DNA of 64,000 nt, taken from NCBI GenBank assembly GCA_017960855.1, contig JAGCYJ010000012.1, positions 5,434-69,433 on the forward strand, given 5' to 3'. The translations under genes were made by a program, and so were the position numbers. Origin of the DNA: Alphaproteobacteria bacterium. Its GTDB lineage: Bacteria; Pseudomonadota; Alphaproteobacteria; Rs-D84. Shown in pieces: positions 49,101 through 57,492 of the stretch; within the stretch, counting starts at the first letter, position 1; every line of letters starts with the position of its first letter. A model generated the notes under the pieces. It did no database searches. It saw only the letters and a program-made list of their open reading frames with translations, and was not told where the DNA came from.

Positions 49101-50938
49101 TTGAATTGGCAATCGGTGAAGCCACGTTGGCAAACGATTTGAACATTGATGGTATGAATTACTATACCAGCGTTGTCAAAGATGGCGACAATATCGTATT
49201 CAGCGACAAGTTGATTAACGAATCTAACCTGTATAGCAAGTTGGCATGGGATGCCGGTACATATATCAAACCAAGTGTTTCGTTAGAAAATACTGGTGAT
49301 GATTATATGACGGTTGGCCAGGCGTTGACCGAACTGGATACACGTATTGCGACATTGAACGGTGATGCAAGTACTGATGGTTCTGTGTCAAAATCTATAT
49401 CGGATGCGCTGGTTGATTTGGCGGCATCTAATACATATGACACATATGGCGCGGCAGATACCGCTTTGACAGATGCCAAGGCATATGTTGATGGCAAGGG
49501 ATACCAGACAGCAAGTGATGTTGATAGCGCAATGGATGCCAAGGTTACAGCGTTGGATTTGGACAATACATATGCAGCCAAGGGTGATGTTGCAGATTCC
49601 TTTACCGCTGTTCATGGCGAAATCAACGATGCGATAAGCGCTGCGGCCGAAGATGCCACAACCAAGGCCGATGCTGCGTTGGCGGCGGCCAAGGATTATG
49701 TTGATGGCAAAGGTTATCAGACCGCAGACGATGTCACTGGTGCAATTAATAGCGCATTGGCTGGTTATACCACGACTGATGGTATGAGCACCGCAATTGA
49801 CAGTGCAATTGGTGATGCATTGGCGGATTACACTACGACGTCTGATATGACCGACGCAATCGCGACAGCCAAAGGCGAAGCAATTAGTTCAGCCAAAGAT
49901 TATACCGATGGTGCGATTGAAACAGCATTGGCGGACTACACCACAACCACTGATATGAATACAGCAATTGACAGTGCAATTGGTGATGCATTGGCGGATT
50001 ACACCACGACGTCTGATATGACCGACGCAATCGCGACAGCCAAGGGCGAAGCAATTAGTTCAGCCAAAGATTATACCGATGGTGCGATTGAAACAGCGTT
50101 GGCGGATTACACCACTACCGCTGGCATAACCACAGTGGTTAATGAAGCGGTTGAAGCTGCGTTTGGTGATGGTAGCGTTGTTGCCAATGCGGTTGATGAG
50201 AGAATCGAAGCGTCTTTGGCAGATGATGGTGCAATCAATACAGCGATAAGCGGTGCGACCAAAATGGGTACAGATGGTGACGACTCGGTATCAATGTATG
50301 CCCACTTTGACGAGGGCGCATCTGTGACGGAGGCAGCGGCAGCGTTGGATACAGCGGTCAGTGCAACCGAAAGCGATATCGCAACACTGAAGGGCGAAGA
50401 AGGTACGGCGGGTTCTGTGAAGAATACAGCCAAGGGCTATGCCGATACAGCAGAAAACAATGCCAAAACCTTTGCGACCAGTGCGGTTGATTCATTGGCG
50501 AATGGCGCAGTTGCAGATAATACAGCGGCGTTATCATTGCTGAACGATGATGCGAATACCGAAGGTTCTGTTGCATACGCGGCGGCAAATGCAGTGGCGA
50601 CAGCAAACGCATATACTGATTCCAAATTGAACGAAGTACGCGATTCTGCGGTGGCGGCATCAAATGCATACACCGACAGACGTATCGAAGATTTGGACAA
50701 GAATCTGTCAGCCGGTGTCGCGGGTGCCGTTGCGTTGTCTTCGGTCGCGGTATCTGGTGTTGAACGCGGTGAAGTATCGGTTGGTGCAGGGTATGGATAC
50801 TTCAACGGTCAATCCGCTGCGGCGTTTGGCGCAACAATGGGATTGTCGAACAGATGGTCCGTTAATGCGGGTGCTGGTATATCTAATGCAGATGTATCGT
50901 TCCGCGCCGGAACAAACTACAAATTCAAATTGTTCTAA
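46148..50938 (+). CDS. Trimeric-autotransporter-type adhesin with Pmp-like GGA/FxxN repeat passenger and YadA-like anchor
   Basis: 1596 aa with a long signal peptide (..LGLIATAPAMAE). GGA(I/V/L) and FxxN motifs recur (GGAVYS..FSDN, YGGAVYV, GGAIYV, FTGN, FSGN, GGAIWF, FVNN..GGAIHN). The stalk is Ala/Asp/Thr-rich. The C-terminus LSAGVAGAVALSSVAV...VSVGAGYGYFNGQSAAAFGATMGLSNRWSVNAGAGIS...YKFKLF matches YadA_anchor. Confidence 0.8.
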   Translation: MKQTRTTLKALTAAYRAVLRHGILCNAIALGLIATAPAMAERLILDEETTLTGQTFTGNSVTAISVDTEKWTGTPEEPVVKTNAYLWTSPTDRTLQKDTEGKYIKGDIEQYTYEVKSSIAAGDEAKGGAVYSTAALTISGGEFSDNVANGALTGQKVKDVYRKQEGWEDFVLESDNGGDKRTLDGAYGGAVYAGAGLTINNDAVFANNRSDKYGGAVYVVGNIDVDGASFTNNEGGAIYVDTGGTVAGSVKNATFTGNTGSSIYSKNAKGLNISDSTFSGNSGAKVVENRSGNLDITNSTFTNNDGGILLLGAGTTGAVSSLRGITATGNTSSSRSNMYLYGKSGKTLIEDSTFSNNTTIGNDGGVVMIVNNSDGPAVIRNSKFIENSTQGDSSATGGAVAFGNSVSYTGTGNEYTGNHAGTNGGALANTASANLITEIGATFSGNSADGDGGAIWFNTGNNYSLVASIVDSSFVNNTANGQGGAIHNAHNKGETKKTTLNLIAKDSDVMFSGNIADGEANDIYNASTLNLVAAEGRTISLGGGIDGDAGTININKDISYDYYEENDGTFTRKNASVTSPNGTVEIFGALKNQTVDLGAGELHLNNTDLTGSTVTVASGATLNSIDNLINDYSSNITLADGALVKGDIDYTAGLADTYSADSGANITYKLANALNLSGVQYGSKEIAITNTGATVNADVNFAWFNGDTGLTLTSGGNGTGTVLVSGVAGGINAAVDATDETVQEITYSANAASETFDGADNVIQNADFTITGNGNDTDSNKIVFENDMIVDGQSTLSLQDINLENTDDEAITVQQGGSMYLTDARVGVDLNILGTLVSDPTYYDARVVNSGTASFTGDVFEDGSSLTNSATVNLNNVEFKSGSSLIGNAGNTLNLVGTGNIFNGSSTGNNVVLASGANYTGTLYDGVVDARNGGIDTITGSVSGGNLYVDANLTSGEVDTFGGTSGATLKGIKLANAGYGTEDKVELAIGEATLANDLNIDGMNYYTSVVKDGDNIVFSDKLINESNLYSKLAWDAGTYIKPSVSLENTGDDYMTVGQALTELDTRIATLNGDASTDGSVSKSISDALVDLAASNTYDTYGAADTALTDAKAYVDGKGYQTASDVDSAMDAKVTALDLDNTYAAKGDVADSFTAVHGEINDAISAAAEDATTKADAALAAAKDYVDGKGYQTADDVTGAINSALAGYTTTDGMSTAIDSAIGDALADYTTTSDMTDAIATAKGEAISSAKDYTDGAIETALADYTTTTDMNTAIDSAIGDALADYTTTSDMTDAIATAKGEAISSAKDYTDGAIETALADYTTTAGITTVVNEAVEAAFGDGSVVANAVDERIEASLADDGAINTAISGATKMGTDGDDSVSMYAHFDEGASVTEAAAALDTAVSATESDIATLKGEEGTAGSVKNTAKGYADTAENNAKTFATSAVDSLANGAVADNTAALSLLNDDANTEGSVAYAAANAVATANAYTDSKLNEVRDSAVAASNAYTDRRIEDLDKNLSAGVAGAVALSSVAVSGVERGEVSVGAGYGYFNGQSAAAFGATMGLSNRWSVNAGAGISNADVSFRAGTNYKFKLF
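49790..50131 (+). repeat. Near-perfect 171-nt (57-aa) tandem duplication inside the adhesin stalk
   Basis: The unit TAIDSAIGDALADYTTTSDMTDAIATAKGEAISSAKDYTDGAIETALADYTTT occurs twice. The copies start at about 49790 and 49961, with only a few nucleotide differences. Confidence 0.85.
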
Positions 50939-50963
50939 TTTGATTTTGGTTTATGAAAATAAG

Positions 50964-50991
50964 CACCGCCTAATCGGGCGGTGTTTTTTTA
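50964..50991. terminator. Rho-independent terminator
   Basis: caccgcc-taatcg-ggcggtg followed by T7. Confidence 0.8.
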
Positions 50992-51000
50992 TTAACTTTT

Positions 51001-52101
51001 TTATGCGGCTTGTTTTATGTCGCGCTTTATGTCGCGGATGTATTTGCGTAATTCGTCAATTGGAACCAATGAACCGTCGCGCTTTATTGCAGACCAGTAA
51101 TCCCAACCATTAAAACTGACACTGTGTTGCAAACGTGCCGCCATGACGTGAATAGATGCCTTGCCATACAAGGTGTGTGCCAACTGGGCATCATGGGTAA
51201 TCATGACGCGTTCGCCACGCGGGCTGACCAATGTTTGTCCGACATACAGCAACCCCGCATCAATCAATTCGCGGAATGCGATACGCGGTTCTGCGCGTTT
51301 CGGTGCAGAAACTTCTATATCTGACAAATCAATCGGTGTAATGTTCGCAACGCGGTCGCGTGCCGCAGATACATATGTTGGTTCACGATCCATGGCGATA
51401 AAGTTGCGTCCCAATTCGCGCGCCACCGCCGCCGTTGTTCCCGAACCCACAAATGGATCCAAAATAATGTCGCCTGGTTTTGTCGAAGCCAAAATTATAC
51501 GGCGCAATAATTCCATCGGCTTTTGTGTGTTGTGCAAACTTTTACCGTCGGCACCCTTGATACGTTCTTCGCCCAGACAGATATTCATTGCCCAATCGGA
51601 CCGCATCTGTTTGCCGCCGTTTAATTTCTTCATTGTTTCGTAATTAAAGGTATATTTACCCGTCTTGCGCGGGGTCGCCCAAATCAAAGTTTCATGGGCA
51701 TTTGTAAATCGTGTCCCGCGGAAGTTTGGCATAGGATTCGTTTTTACCCAAACAATGTCGTTCAGAATCCAAAATCCTAAATCTTGTAAAATTGCGCCGA
51801 TGCGGAAAATGTTATGATAACTGCCGATTGTCCAGAATGCGCCGTCTGGTTTTAAAACGCGCTTGCATTCGGCAACCCAACGTCTTGTAAAATCATCATA
51901 TTCTTTTGAATCAGCAAAAGAATCCCAATCGTCGCGAACCGCACGTGCAGCAGTTTGATCTTCAGGACGATACAATGTCTTTTCGCCCAGTTGCAAGTTA
52001 TACGGAGAGTCGGCAAACACAGCATCAACAGACGCGTCGGGTATACCGCGCATCAACTCAATACAATCACCGGTCAAAATCTTGTTCAGATATTTGTCCA
52101 T
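51001..52101 (-). CDS. ccrM: CcrM-like N6-adenine DNA methyltransferase (beta class, GANTC-type family)
   Basis: 366 aa. It is collinear with Caulobacter CcrM as I recall it: GSYHNIFR.G..LQDLGFWILNDIVW.K.NPMPNF.GTRF.NAHETLIWA, then SDW....C.GEERIKGADG, then TQKP..LL.R.IL..TKPGD.ILDPF.G.GTT. The C-terminal ~80-aa extension is present. Motif IV here reads DSPY. Confidence 0.9.
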   Translation of the reverse strand: MDKYLNKILTGDCIELMRGIPDASVDAVFADSPYNLQLGEKTLYRPEDQTAARAVRDDWDSFADSKEYDDFTRRWVAECKRVLKPDGAFWTIGSYHNIFRIGAILQDLGFWILNDIVWVKTNPMPNFRGTRFTNAHETLIWATPRKTGKYTFNYETMKKLNGGKQMRSDWAMNICLGEERIKGADGKSLHNTQKPMELLRRIILASTKPGDIILDPFVGSGTTAAVARELGRNFIAMDREPTYVSAARDRVANITPIDLSDIEVSAPKRAEPRIAFRELIDAGLLYVGQTLVSPRGERVMITHDAQLAHTLYGKASIHVMAARLQHSVSFNGWDYWSAIKRDGSLVPIDELRKYIRDIKRDIKQAA

Positions 52102-52223
52102 TCTCTCTCTCGCAAAAGACCTTTTATATCTGCTATTTTATCATATTTCGGGGTTATTAAAAAGCGGTGTGCAAGTGGGGGAAGTAAAATAAATGTCTTG
52201 ATTTTTATAAAAAATGCATTTTT

Positions 52224-52251
52224 TTGATGTGCCAAAAATGCAAAATATACT
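52224..52251 (+). promoter_or_regulatory. Candidate sigma70 promoter TTGATG-N16-TATACT
   Basis: ttgatg at 52224-52229 and tatact at 52246-52251, upstream of nrdR. Confidence 0.4.
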
Positions 52252-52289
52252 TGCGTGCGGGGCTTTTGATTGCTACCTTTATGTTAATC

Positions 52290-52790
52290 ATGAGATGCCC
52301 ATATTGTAATTCTAGTGACAGTCGTGTTGCGGACTCGCGCCCGGATACCGAGGATTCCATTATCCGTCGCCGTCGCGTGTGCAACGCATGCGGTGCAAAG
52401 TTCACAACTGTTGAACGCATTCAGATGCGTGATTTGACCGTACGCAAAAATAGCGGAAAGTTGGAACCATTTGACCGCGAAAAACTGGCACGCAGTATCA
52501 AGTTGGCTTGTCGTAATCGTGATGTAAGCGACGATCAGATTGATAAATTGGTGACTTCTATTCATCGCAGATTGGAAACAGAAACCGCAGATGATGTGGT
52601 GCCCAGCAGTATGGTCGGGCAAATGGTTTCAGATTCGCTGTTGAATCTGGATCCGATTGCTTTTGTACGTTTTGTTTCTGTGTATCGCAAGTTTTCTAAG
52701 ATTGCTGATTTCAAAAAGATTATTGACCAAATACCAGAGGATGATGAGGGAGCGGTGGTCTGTCAATTACCAAAGACGTCGCTGTTTTAG
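52290..52790 (+). CDS. nrdR: Transcriptional repressor NrdR
   Basis: The ATG at 52290 gives MRCPYCNSSDSRVADSRP...RRRRVCNACGAKFTTVERI, a zinc ribbon followed by an ATP-cone. 166 aa. Confidence 0.9.
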   Translation: MRCPYCNSSDSRVADSRPDTEDSIIRRRRVCNACGAKFTTVERIQMRDLTVRKNSGKLEPFDREKLARSIKLACRNRDVSDDQIDKLVTSIHRRLETETADDVVPSSMVGQMVSDSLLNLDPIAFVRFVSVYRKFSKIADFKKIIDQIPEDDEGAVVCQLPKTSLF

Positions 52791-52791
52791 C

Positions 52792-54504
52792 ATGAAAAAA
52801 ATCATTGGATTTTTTGTCGCAATGTTTTTGCCACTTACCGCGTTCGCGTTAAGCGCGCCAGATGTTTTATCTGATGCAGATGCCAGTTTGTATGCTCAAA
52901 TCTTTATGTTGCAAGACAAAGAAAAAATCGACACCGCAATGAAATTGGAAAAGCAGTTGGATGACAAGTTGCTGATGAACGAAGTTTTAATGCAACGCTA
53001 TGTTTCCAAGACATATCATACCAAGGGTGCCGAAGTCGCGGCTTGGATGGAAAAGTATTACGATATGCCCGGTGCGGATCGTATGGCGAAATTGGCGAAC
53101 ATAAAAAAGGTGACGGTGCGAAAACCAAGTTTGCCGAATTCTATATCCGGCAGCGAATCGATAGAAACTGCACAATCTGAAACATGGACGGCGAAACAAT
53201 ATACCGGCAAAGTGGCGGACAAAATCACTAAATTCAGAAAGGCGATTCGCAGTGGCAGCACAAAAACCGCGCGTCAGATTCTGGAAGATTCTTCATTTAA
53301 GCGAAAGATAACCGAATCAGATTATGGGCGTCTGGCCGGTCGTATGTCATATATTTATTACACAAACGGCGAATATGAATTGGCAAAGAAGTGGGGCTTT
53401 GTGGCGGCGGACGCAAAATCAGAATACGGTTTGTGGTCAATGGGCTTGTTGTATTTCAAAGAAGGAAAATACAAAGAAAGCCAAAAATATTTTGCACGCA
53501 TTTTAGATTTGCAACAGATAAACAATGCGCGTAAGACCGAAGCGGCTTTCTGGGCGGGGCGCGCCGCGGATGCAAATGGTGATCGGGATACCGCCAAAGA
53601 TTACTGGCGTATTGCGGCGGCATATCCAATGGCGTTTTATGGCGCGTTGTCTGCGACTATGTTGGGTAATGTCCCTGAATATGAATTCTTTGAACAGGAT
53701 TGCACCGAAGAAGATTATGACGAACTACGCAACACCAAATACGGCAAAATGGCATTGGCTCTGTTGCAGGTTGATAATCGCGATCGGGCGGAACAATATC
53801 TTAAATATTTAATTACTGCGCGTGCTTCGGATCGGACATTACACGCCGTCAATTCGGTGGCGACTGCGTATGGTTTGCCACGCGTTTCGATTCAGTCGGC
53901 CAGTGTTATTCGCGATCGTGGTATTTTGGAAATTGACGACGATATTATTTACACCGCGCAATATCCGTTGCCTGATTGGGAACCAATGGGCGGTTGGTCA
54001 ATTGATCGTGCGTTGTTGTTGGCAATTACCAAGCAAGAAAGTGGTTTTCGTGCGGGGGCTAAATCTGGGGCGGGGGCAAATGGTTTGATGCAGATTATGC
54101 CCAGCACCGCGAAACGCGTTGCGCGTCGCAACAATGTGAAAATGGATGATATTGATATGTCAAAGCCGGAACATAATATGTTCCTGGGGCAGCAATACAT
54201 TGTTGATTTGTTGGCGCATCCGTATATTCAAAACAATATTATCAAAATGTTGGCGGCATATAACGCGGGTATGGGAACATTGGTAAAGTTTGAAAAATCA
54301 TTCGCAACAAACGACCCGCTGTTGTATATAGAAAGTTTTCCTGCGTATGAAACCCGCAGTTATATAAAGCGTGTTATGTCAAATTTGTGGCTGTATCGTG
54401 CGCGCCTGAATCAACCACTGACATCTATGGAAGAATTGGCGGTGGGGCAATGGCCGTTGTATAACAGCGAAGACGAATATGTTCTTAATCGTTTATCAAT
54501 CTAA
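52792..54504 (+). CDS. slt: Soluble lytic murein transglycosylase (Slt70-like)
   Basis: The ATG at 52792 gives the signal peptide MKKIIGFFVAMFLPLTAFA. A superhelical N-terminal region is followed by an SLT domain (LLLAITKQESGFRAGAKSGAGANGLMQIMPSTA). Confidence 0.85.
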   Translation: MKKIIGFFVAMFLPLTAFALSAPDVLSDADASLYAQIFMLQDKEKIDTAMKLEKQLDDKLLMNEVLMQRYVSKTYHTKGAEVAAWMEKYYDMPGADRMAKLANIKKVTVRKPSLPNSISGSESIETAQSETWTAKQYTGKVADKITKFRKAIRSGSTKTARQILEDSSFKRKITESDYGRLAGRMSYIYYTNGEYELAKKWGFVAADAKSEYGLWSMGLLYFKEGKYKESQKYFARILDLQQINNARKTEAAFWAGRAADANGDRDTAKDYWRIAAAYPMAFYGALSATMLGNVPEYEFFEQDCTEEDYDELRNTKYGKMALALLQVDNRDRAEQYLKYLITARASDRTLHAVNSVATAYGLPRVSIQSASVIRDRGILEIDDDIIYTAQYPLPDWEPMGGWSIDRALLLAITKQESGFRAGAKSGAGANGLMQIMPSTAKRVARRNNVKMDDIDMSKPEHNMFLGQQYIVDLLAHPYIQNNIIKMLAAYNAGMGTLVKFEKSFATNDPLLYIESFPAYETRSYIKRVMSNLWLYRARLNQPLTSMEELAVGQWPLYNSEDEYVLNRLSI

Positions 54505-55124
54505 TGAAATCAAATCCAGATTTTTCAATTGAATTAACACATGGCGGAATAATCGCAGGTGTTGATGAAGCAGGGCGTGGCCCATTATGTGGTCCGGTTG
54601 TCGCGGCGGCGGTGATTTTTCCGCGGTTCGACATTGAAATACCCGTCGTGATTCGCGATTCGAAACAAATGAGTCCGCGGGCGCGCGCAACTGCATATGA
54701 TTGGATTGTCCAAAACACAACTTGGGCGGTGGGGCAATGCAGTCCGGCGGAAATAGATGAATTGAATATTTTATGGGCATCTATGTTGGCGATGGAACGC
54801 GCGGTTGCGGGGTTGAATACACAGCCAAATATGTGTTTAATTGACGGAAATCGGGTGCCGAAAAACCTTGTCGGCGAATCGGTGGTGCGGGGTGACGCAA
54901 AATCATTGTCTATTGCCGCGGCATCTATTATTGCCAAGGAAACGCGGGACCGAATTATGCATGAATTAGCGTTAATGTACCCCCAGTATGATTGGGACAA
55001 AAATGCCGGATATCCAACACAATCCCATTTACATGCAATCGAAAAATATGGTATAAATGAACATTATAGACGGTCATACGGTCCGGTGAAAGAAAGGATA
55101 AAAAATGAAACTGCGCACGATTGA
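54504..55124 (+). CDS. rnhB: Ribonuclease HII
   Basis: GVDEAGRGPLCGPVVAAAV, DSKQMS and the typical length of 206 aa. The start overlaps the slt stop. Confidence 0.9.
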   Translation: MKSNPDFSIELTHGGIIAGVDEAGRGPLCGPVVAAAVIFPRFDIEIPVVIRDSKQMSPRARATAYDWIVQNTTWAVGQCSPAEIDELNILWASMLAMERAVAGLNTQPNMCLIDGNRVPKNLVGESVVRGDAKSLSIAAASIIAKETRDRIMHELALMYPQYDWDKNAGYPTQSHLHAIEKYGINEHYRRSYGPVKERIKNETAHD

Positions 55125-56274
55125 CGGGATAGATGTTCGTGGTAAATATGTTTTGCTGCGTGATGATTTTAATGTGCAAATTGTTGATGGAAAAATAACA
55201 GACGCTTTTCGAATCGAACAAAGTATGCCAACGATAAACGCACTGCGTAATGCGGGCGCACGAATCGCGATTGTTGCGCACCTTGGGCGGCCAAAGGGTT
55301 CGCGCAATATGGAATATACACTGGCACCGGTTGCAAAATATATGGGTGTTCCACTGATTCCAGATTGTTTAGACAAAGATTTTATGGCGAACATGCATGA
55401 CGGTGATGTCGTGCTGTTGGAAAATGTTCGTTTCTATGCGGGCGAAGAAGAAAACGATTCGGATTTCGCAAAAAGGTTGGCGGACGGATTTGACCTGTTT
55501 GTAAATGATGCGTTTGCGGTTTCACACCGCGCACATGCGTCAACGGTTGGGGTGACGAATTTCTTGCCGTCTTATGCGGGTAAATTATTGGCATCGGAAA
55601 TTGAACAACTTGATTCGGTTATGGAAAAACCCGCACATCCGTTTGTTGCGATTGTTGCAGGTTCAAAAATATCAACGAAAATTGGTGTGTTGCGTGCGCT
55701 GGCACGAATCGCTGACCGGTTGATAATTGGTGGTGCGCTGGGGACAACATTTAATTATGCAACTGGGGCAAATGTTGGTAATTCACTGTATGAAGCGGAC
55801 CAGAAAGACACCGCGTTGGAAATATTGGAATATGCCAAGGCGAATAATTGCGAAGTTCTGATTCCATTGGACAAAGGGGTCGCAACTGAATTTGCGCGTG
55901 ATGCAGTGCGTACTGACAAAACGTTTGATAAAATTACAGACAACGACATTATTTTGGATGCGGGCGTTTTAACAACGGCGCGTGATGTTGATGCAATTAA
56001 ATCTGCGGCAACTGTTGTTTGGAACGGAACGGTTGGTATGGCGGAATGGATGCCGACTTGGTCGGCGGGTTCTTTTGCAATCGCGCGTGCAATGGCGGAA
56101 CAAACACGCGCGGGAAAATTAAAGAGCATTGTTGGCGGTGGCGATACGGTCGCGGCGCTTGAGGCATGCGGTGTCAAAGATGATATTTCATATGTATCAA
56201 CCGGTGGCGGCGCGTTCTTGGAATATATTGAGGGTCGCGAATTGCCGGGAATAGCGGTTTTGGAGGAAAAATAA
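55105..56274 (+). CDS. pgk: Phosphoglycerate kinase
   Basis: 389 aa. The sequence runs from MKLRTIDGIDVRGKYVLLRDDFNV through AHLGRPKG to GGGDTVAA. It overlaps rnhB by 20 nt. Confidence 0.9.
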   Translation: MKLRTIDGIDVRGKYVLLRDDFNVQIVDGKITDAFRIEQSMPTINALRNAGARIAIVAHLGRPKGSRNMEYTLAPVAKYMGVPLIPDCLDKDFMANMHDGDVVLLENVRFYAGEEENDSDFAKRLADGFDLFVNDAFAVSHRAHASTVGVTNFLPSYAGKLLASEIEQLDSVMEKPAHPFVAIVAGSKISTKIGVLRALARIADRLIIGGALGTTFNYATGANVGNSLYEADQKDTALEILEYAKANNCEVLIPLDKGVATEFARDAVRTDKTFDKITDNDIILDAGVLTTARDVDAIKSAATVVWNGTVGMAEWMPTWSAGSFAIARAMAEQTRAGKLKSIVGGGDTVAALEACGVKDDISYVSTGGGAFLEYIEGRELPGIAVLEEK

Positions 56275-56304
56275 AAATCCCTGCAAATGCAGGGTTTTAT
56301 TTTA
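56273..56304. terminator. Bidirectional rho-independent terminator
   Basis: aaaaatccctgc-aaat-gcagggttttatttt. Confidence 0.75.
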
Positions 56305-56737
56305 TCTTCGTTTGAAATAGGCGTTTTATCAAATCAAATTTATTGCTGTATGCTAATTCATACATTTTATTTATTTGTTCGTTGGTTTGGGTGTTTAACG
56401 TAGTTGCTGATGCATAATCTTGTGCGGCAAAAGATATACGGTTGCGTGTGTGAATAATGCGAATATCAGAAGCAATCAATCTGTAAAAAGCACGATTTTG
56501 AACGGCTGACGATTTACCCTTGTGCGCCATTTGAAACAATGTAGCGTCCGCTTTTTCATGGCGTGCCACAGCAGATGCTAATTTTTTATCCATTGCGTAC
56601 ATATAGCGTTGTAAACGAATCGGCTCCATAGCGTAAAAACCAGGGGTGTGTTCGGCAATTTCGTTGTGATTGACATCAGAATCACCAGGTTTAACCTGCG
56701 TTTTCAGAATAATAGAAACAATCAAAGCCCATAACAT
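56297..56737 (-). CDS. Hypothetical protein with N-terminal anchor
   Basis: 146-aa ORF with a hydrophobic N-terminus (MLWALIVSIIL). I recognise no motif. Confidence 0.5.
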   Translation of the reverse strand: MLWALIVSIILKTQVKPGDSDVNHNEIAEHTPGFYAMEPIRLQRYMYAMDKKLASAVARHEKADATLFQMAHKGKSSAVQNRAFYRLIASDIRIIHTRNRISFAAQDYASATTLNTQTNEQINKMYELAYSNKFDLIKRLFQTKIK

Positions 56738-56783
56738 AGTCCCAGAATATTAAGCTTTTTACGGGGCTTGTCAAGCTGGATGC

Positions 56784-56812
56784 CTTGAAAATTCAAATTA
56801 AAGGGCTATATT
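56784..56812 (+). promoter_or_regulatory. Candidate heat-shock (sigma32/RpoH-type) promoter CTTGAAA-N14-GCTATATT
   Basis: cttgaaa at 56784-56790 and gctatatt at 56805-56812. This resembles the CTTG-N17-CYTATNT RpoH consensus and lies upstream of clpP. Confidence 0.4.
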
Positions 56813-56854
56813 TGTTCTGCACCTTGATGAAAATTAGCGAATCGGGGTTTTATG

Positions 56855-56863
56855 TGGTATAAT
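56855..56863 (+). promoter_or_regulatory. Extended -10 element TGgTATAAT upstream of clpP
   Basis: tggtataat at 56855-56863, 27 nt before the ATG at 56890. The RBS is aagga. Confidence 0.5.
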
Positions 56864-56889
56864 TTACAGACAAGACATAAGGATTTTAT

Positions 56890-57471
56890 ATGGCTTTAAT
56901 ACCTATGGTTATCGAGGAATCACCACGTGGCGAGCGCTCGTTTGATATCTATTCGCGCCTGCTGCGTGACCGTATCATTGTGGTTGGTGGTGAAATTGAA
57001 CCAAATATGGCGAACAGCATTGTCGCCCAGTTGTTGTTTTTGGAATCTGAAAATCCAAACGCAGATATTTCTATGTATATTAATTCCCCTGGGGGTGAAG
57101 TTTCATCTGGATGGGCAATTATGGATACCATGCAATATATCAAGGCACCTGTCTCTACTATTGGTATGGGATTGGTTGCATCAATGGGATCTGTGCTGTT
57201 GGCGGCGGGCGAAAAGGGTAAACGATTCGTGTTGCCGAATACACAGGTTATGATTCATCAACCAATGGCTGGTGCCCAGGGACAGATTACTGATATGGAA
57301 ATACAAATAAATCAGTTCCAAAAAAATAAGAAATCGTTGGTAAAACAAATGGCTGAATTTACTGGTCGTAAAGAAAAAGAAGTTTTCGAAGCGATGGAAC
57401 GTGATAATTGGATGACACCGACCGAGGCCAAAGAATTTGGTTTGATTGATAGTGTTCTGACAAGAAAATAA
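56890..57471 (+). CDS. clpP: ATP-dependent Clp protease proteolytic subunit
   Basis: 193 aa. [11 protein letters not shown], catalytic-Ser context [16 protein letters not shown]. Confidence 0.95.
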   Translation: MALIPMVIEESPRGERSFDIYSRLLRDRIIVVGGEIEPNMANSIVAQLLFLESENPNADISMYINSPGGEVSSGWAIMDTMQYIKAPVSTIGMGLVASMGSVLLAAGEKGKRFVLPNTQVMIHQPMAGAQGQITDMEIQINQFQKNKKSLVKQMAEFTGRKEKEVFEAMERDNWMTPTEAKEFGLIDSVLTRK

Positions 57472-57492
57472 TTTTGTTCATAGGAATGTGGG

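Noticed and set aside
54485-55000. A 171-aa minus-strand ORF overlapping rnhB.
   Set aside because: It is antisense to a canonical RNase HII gene and has no signals.
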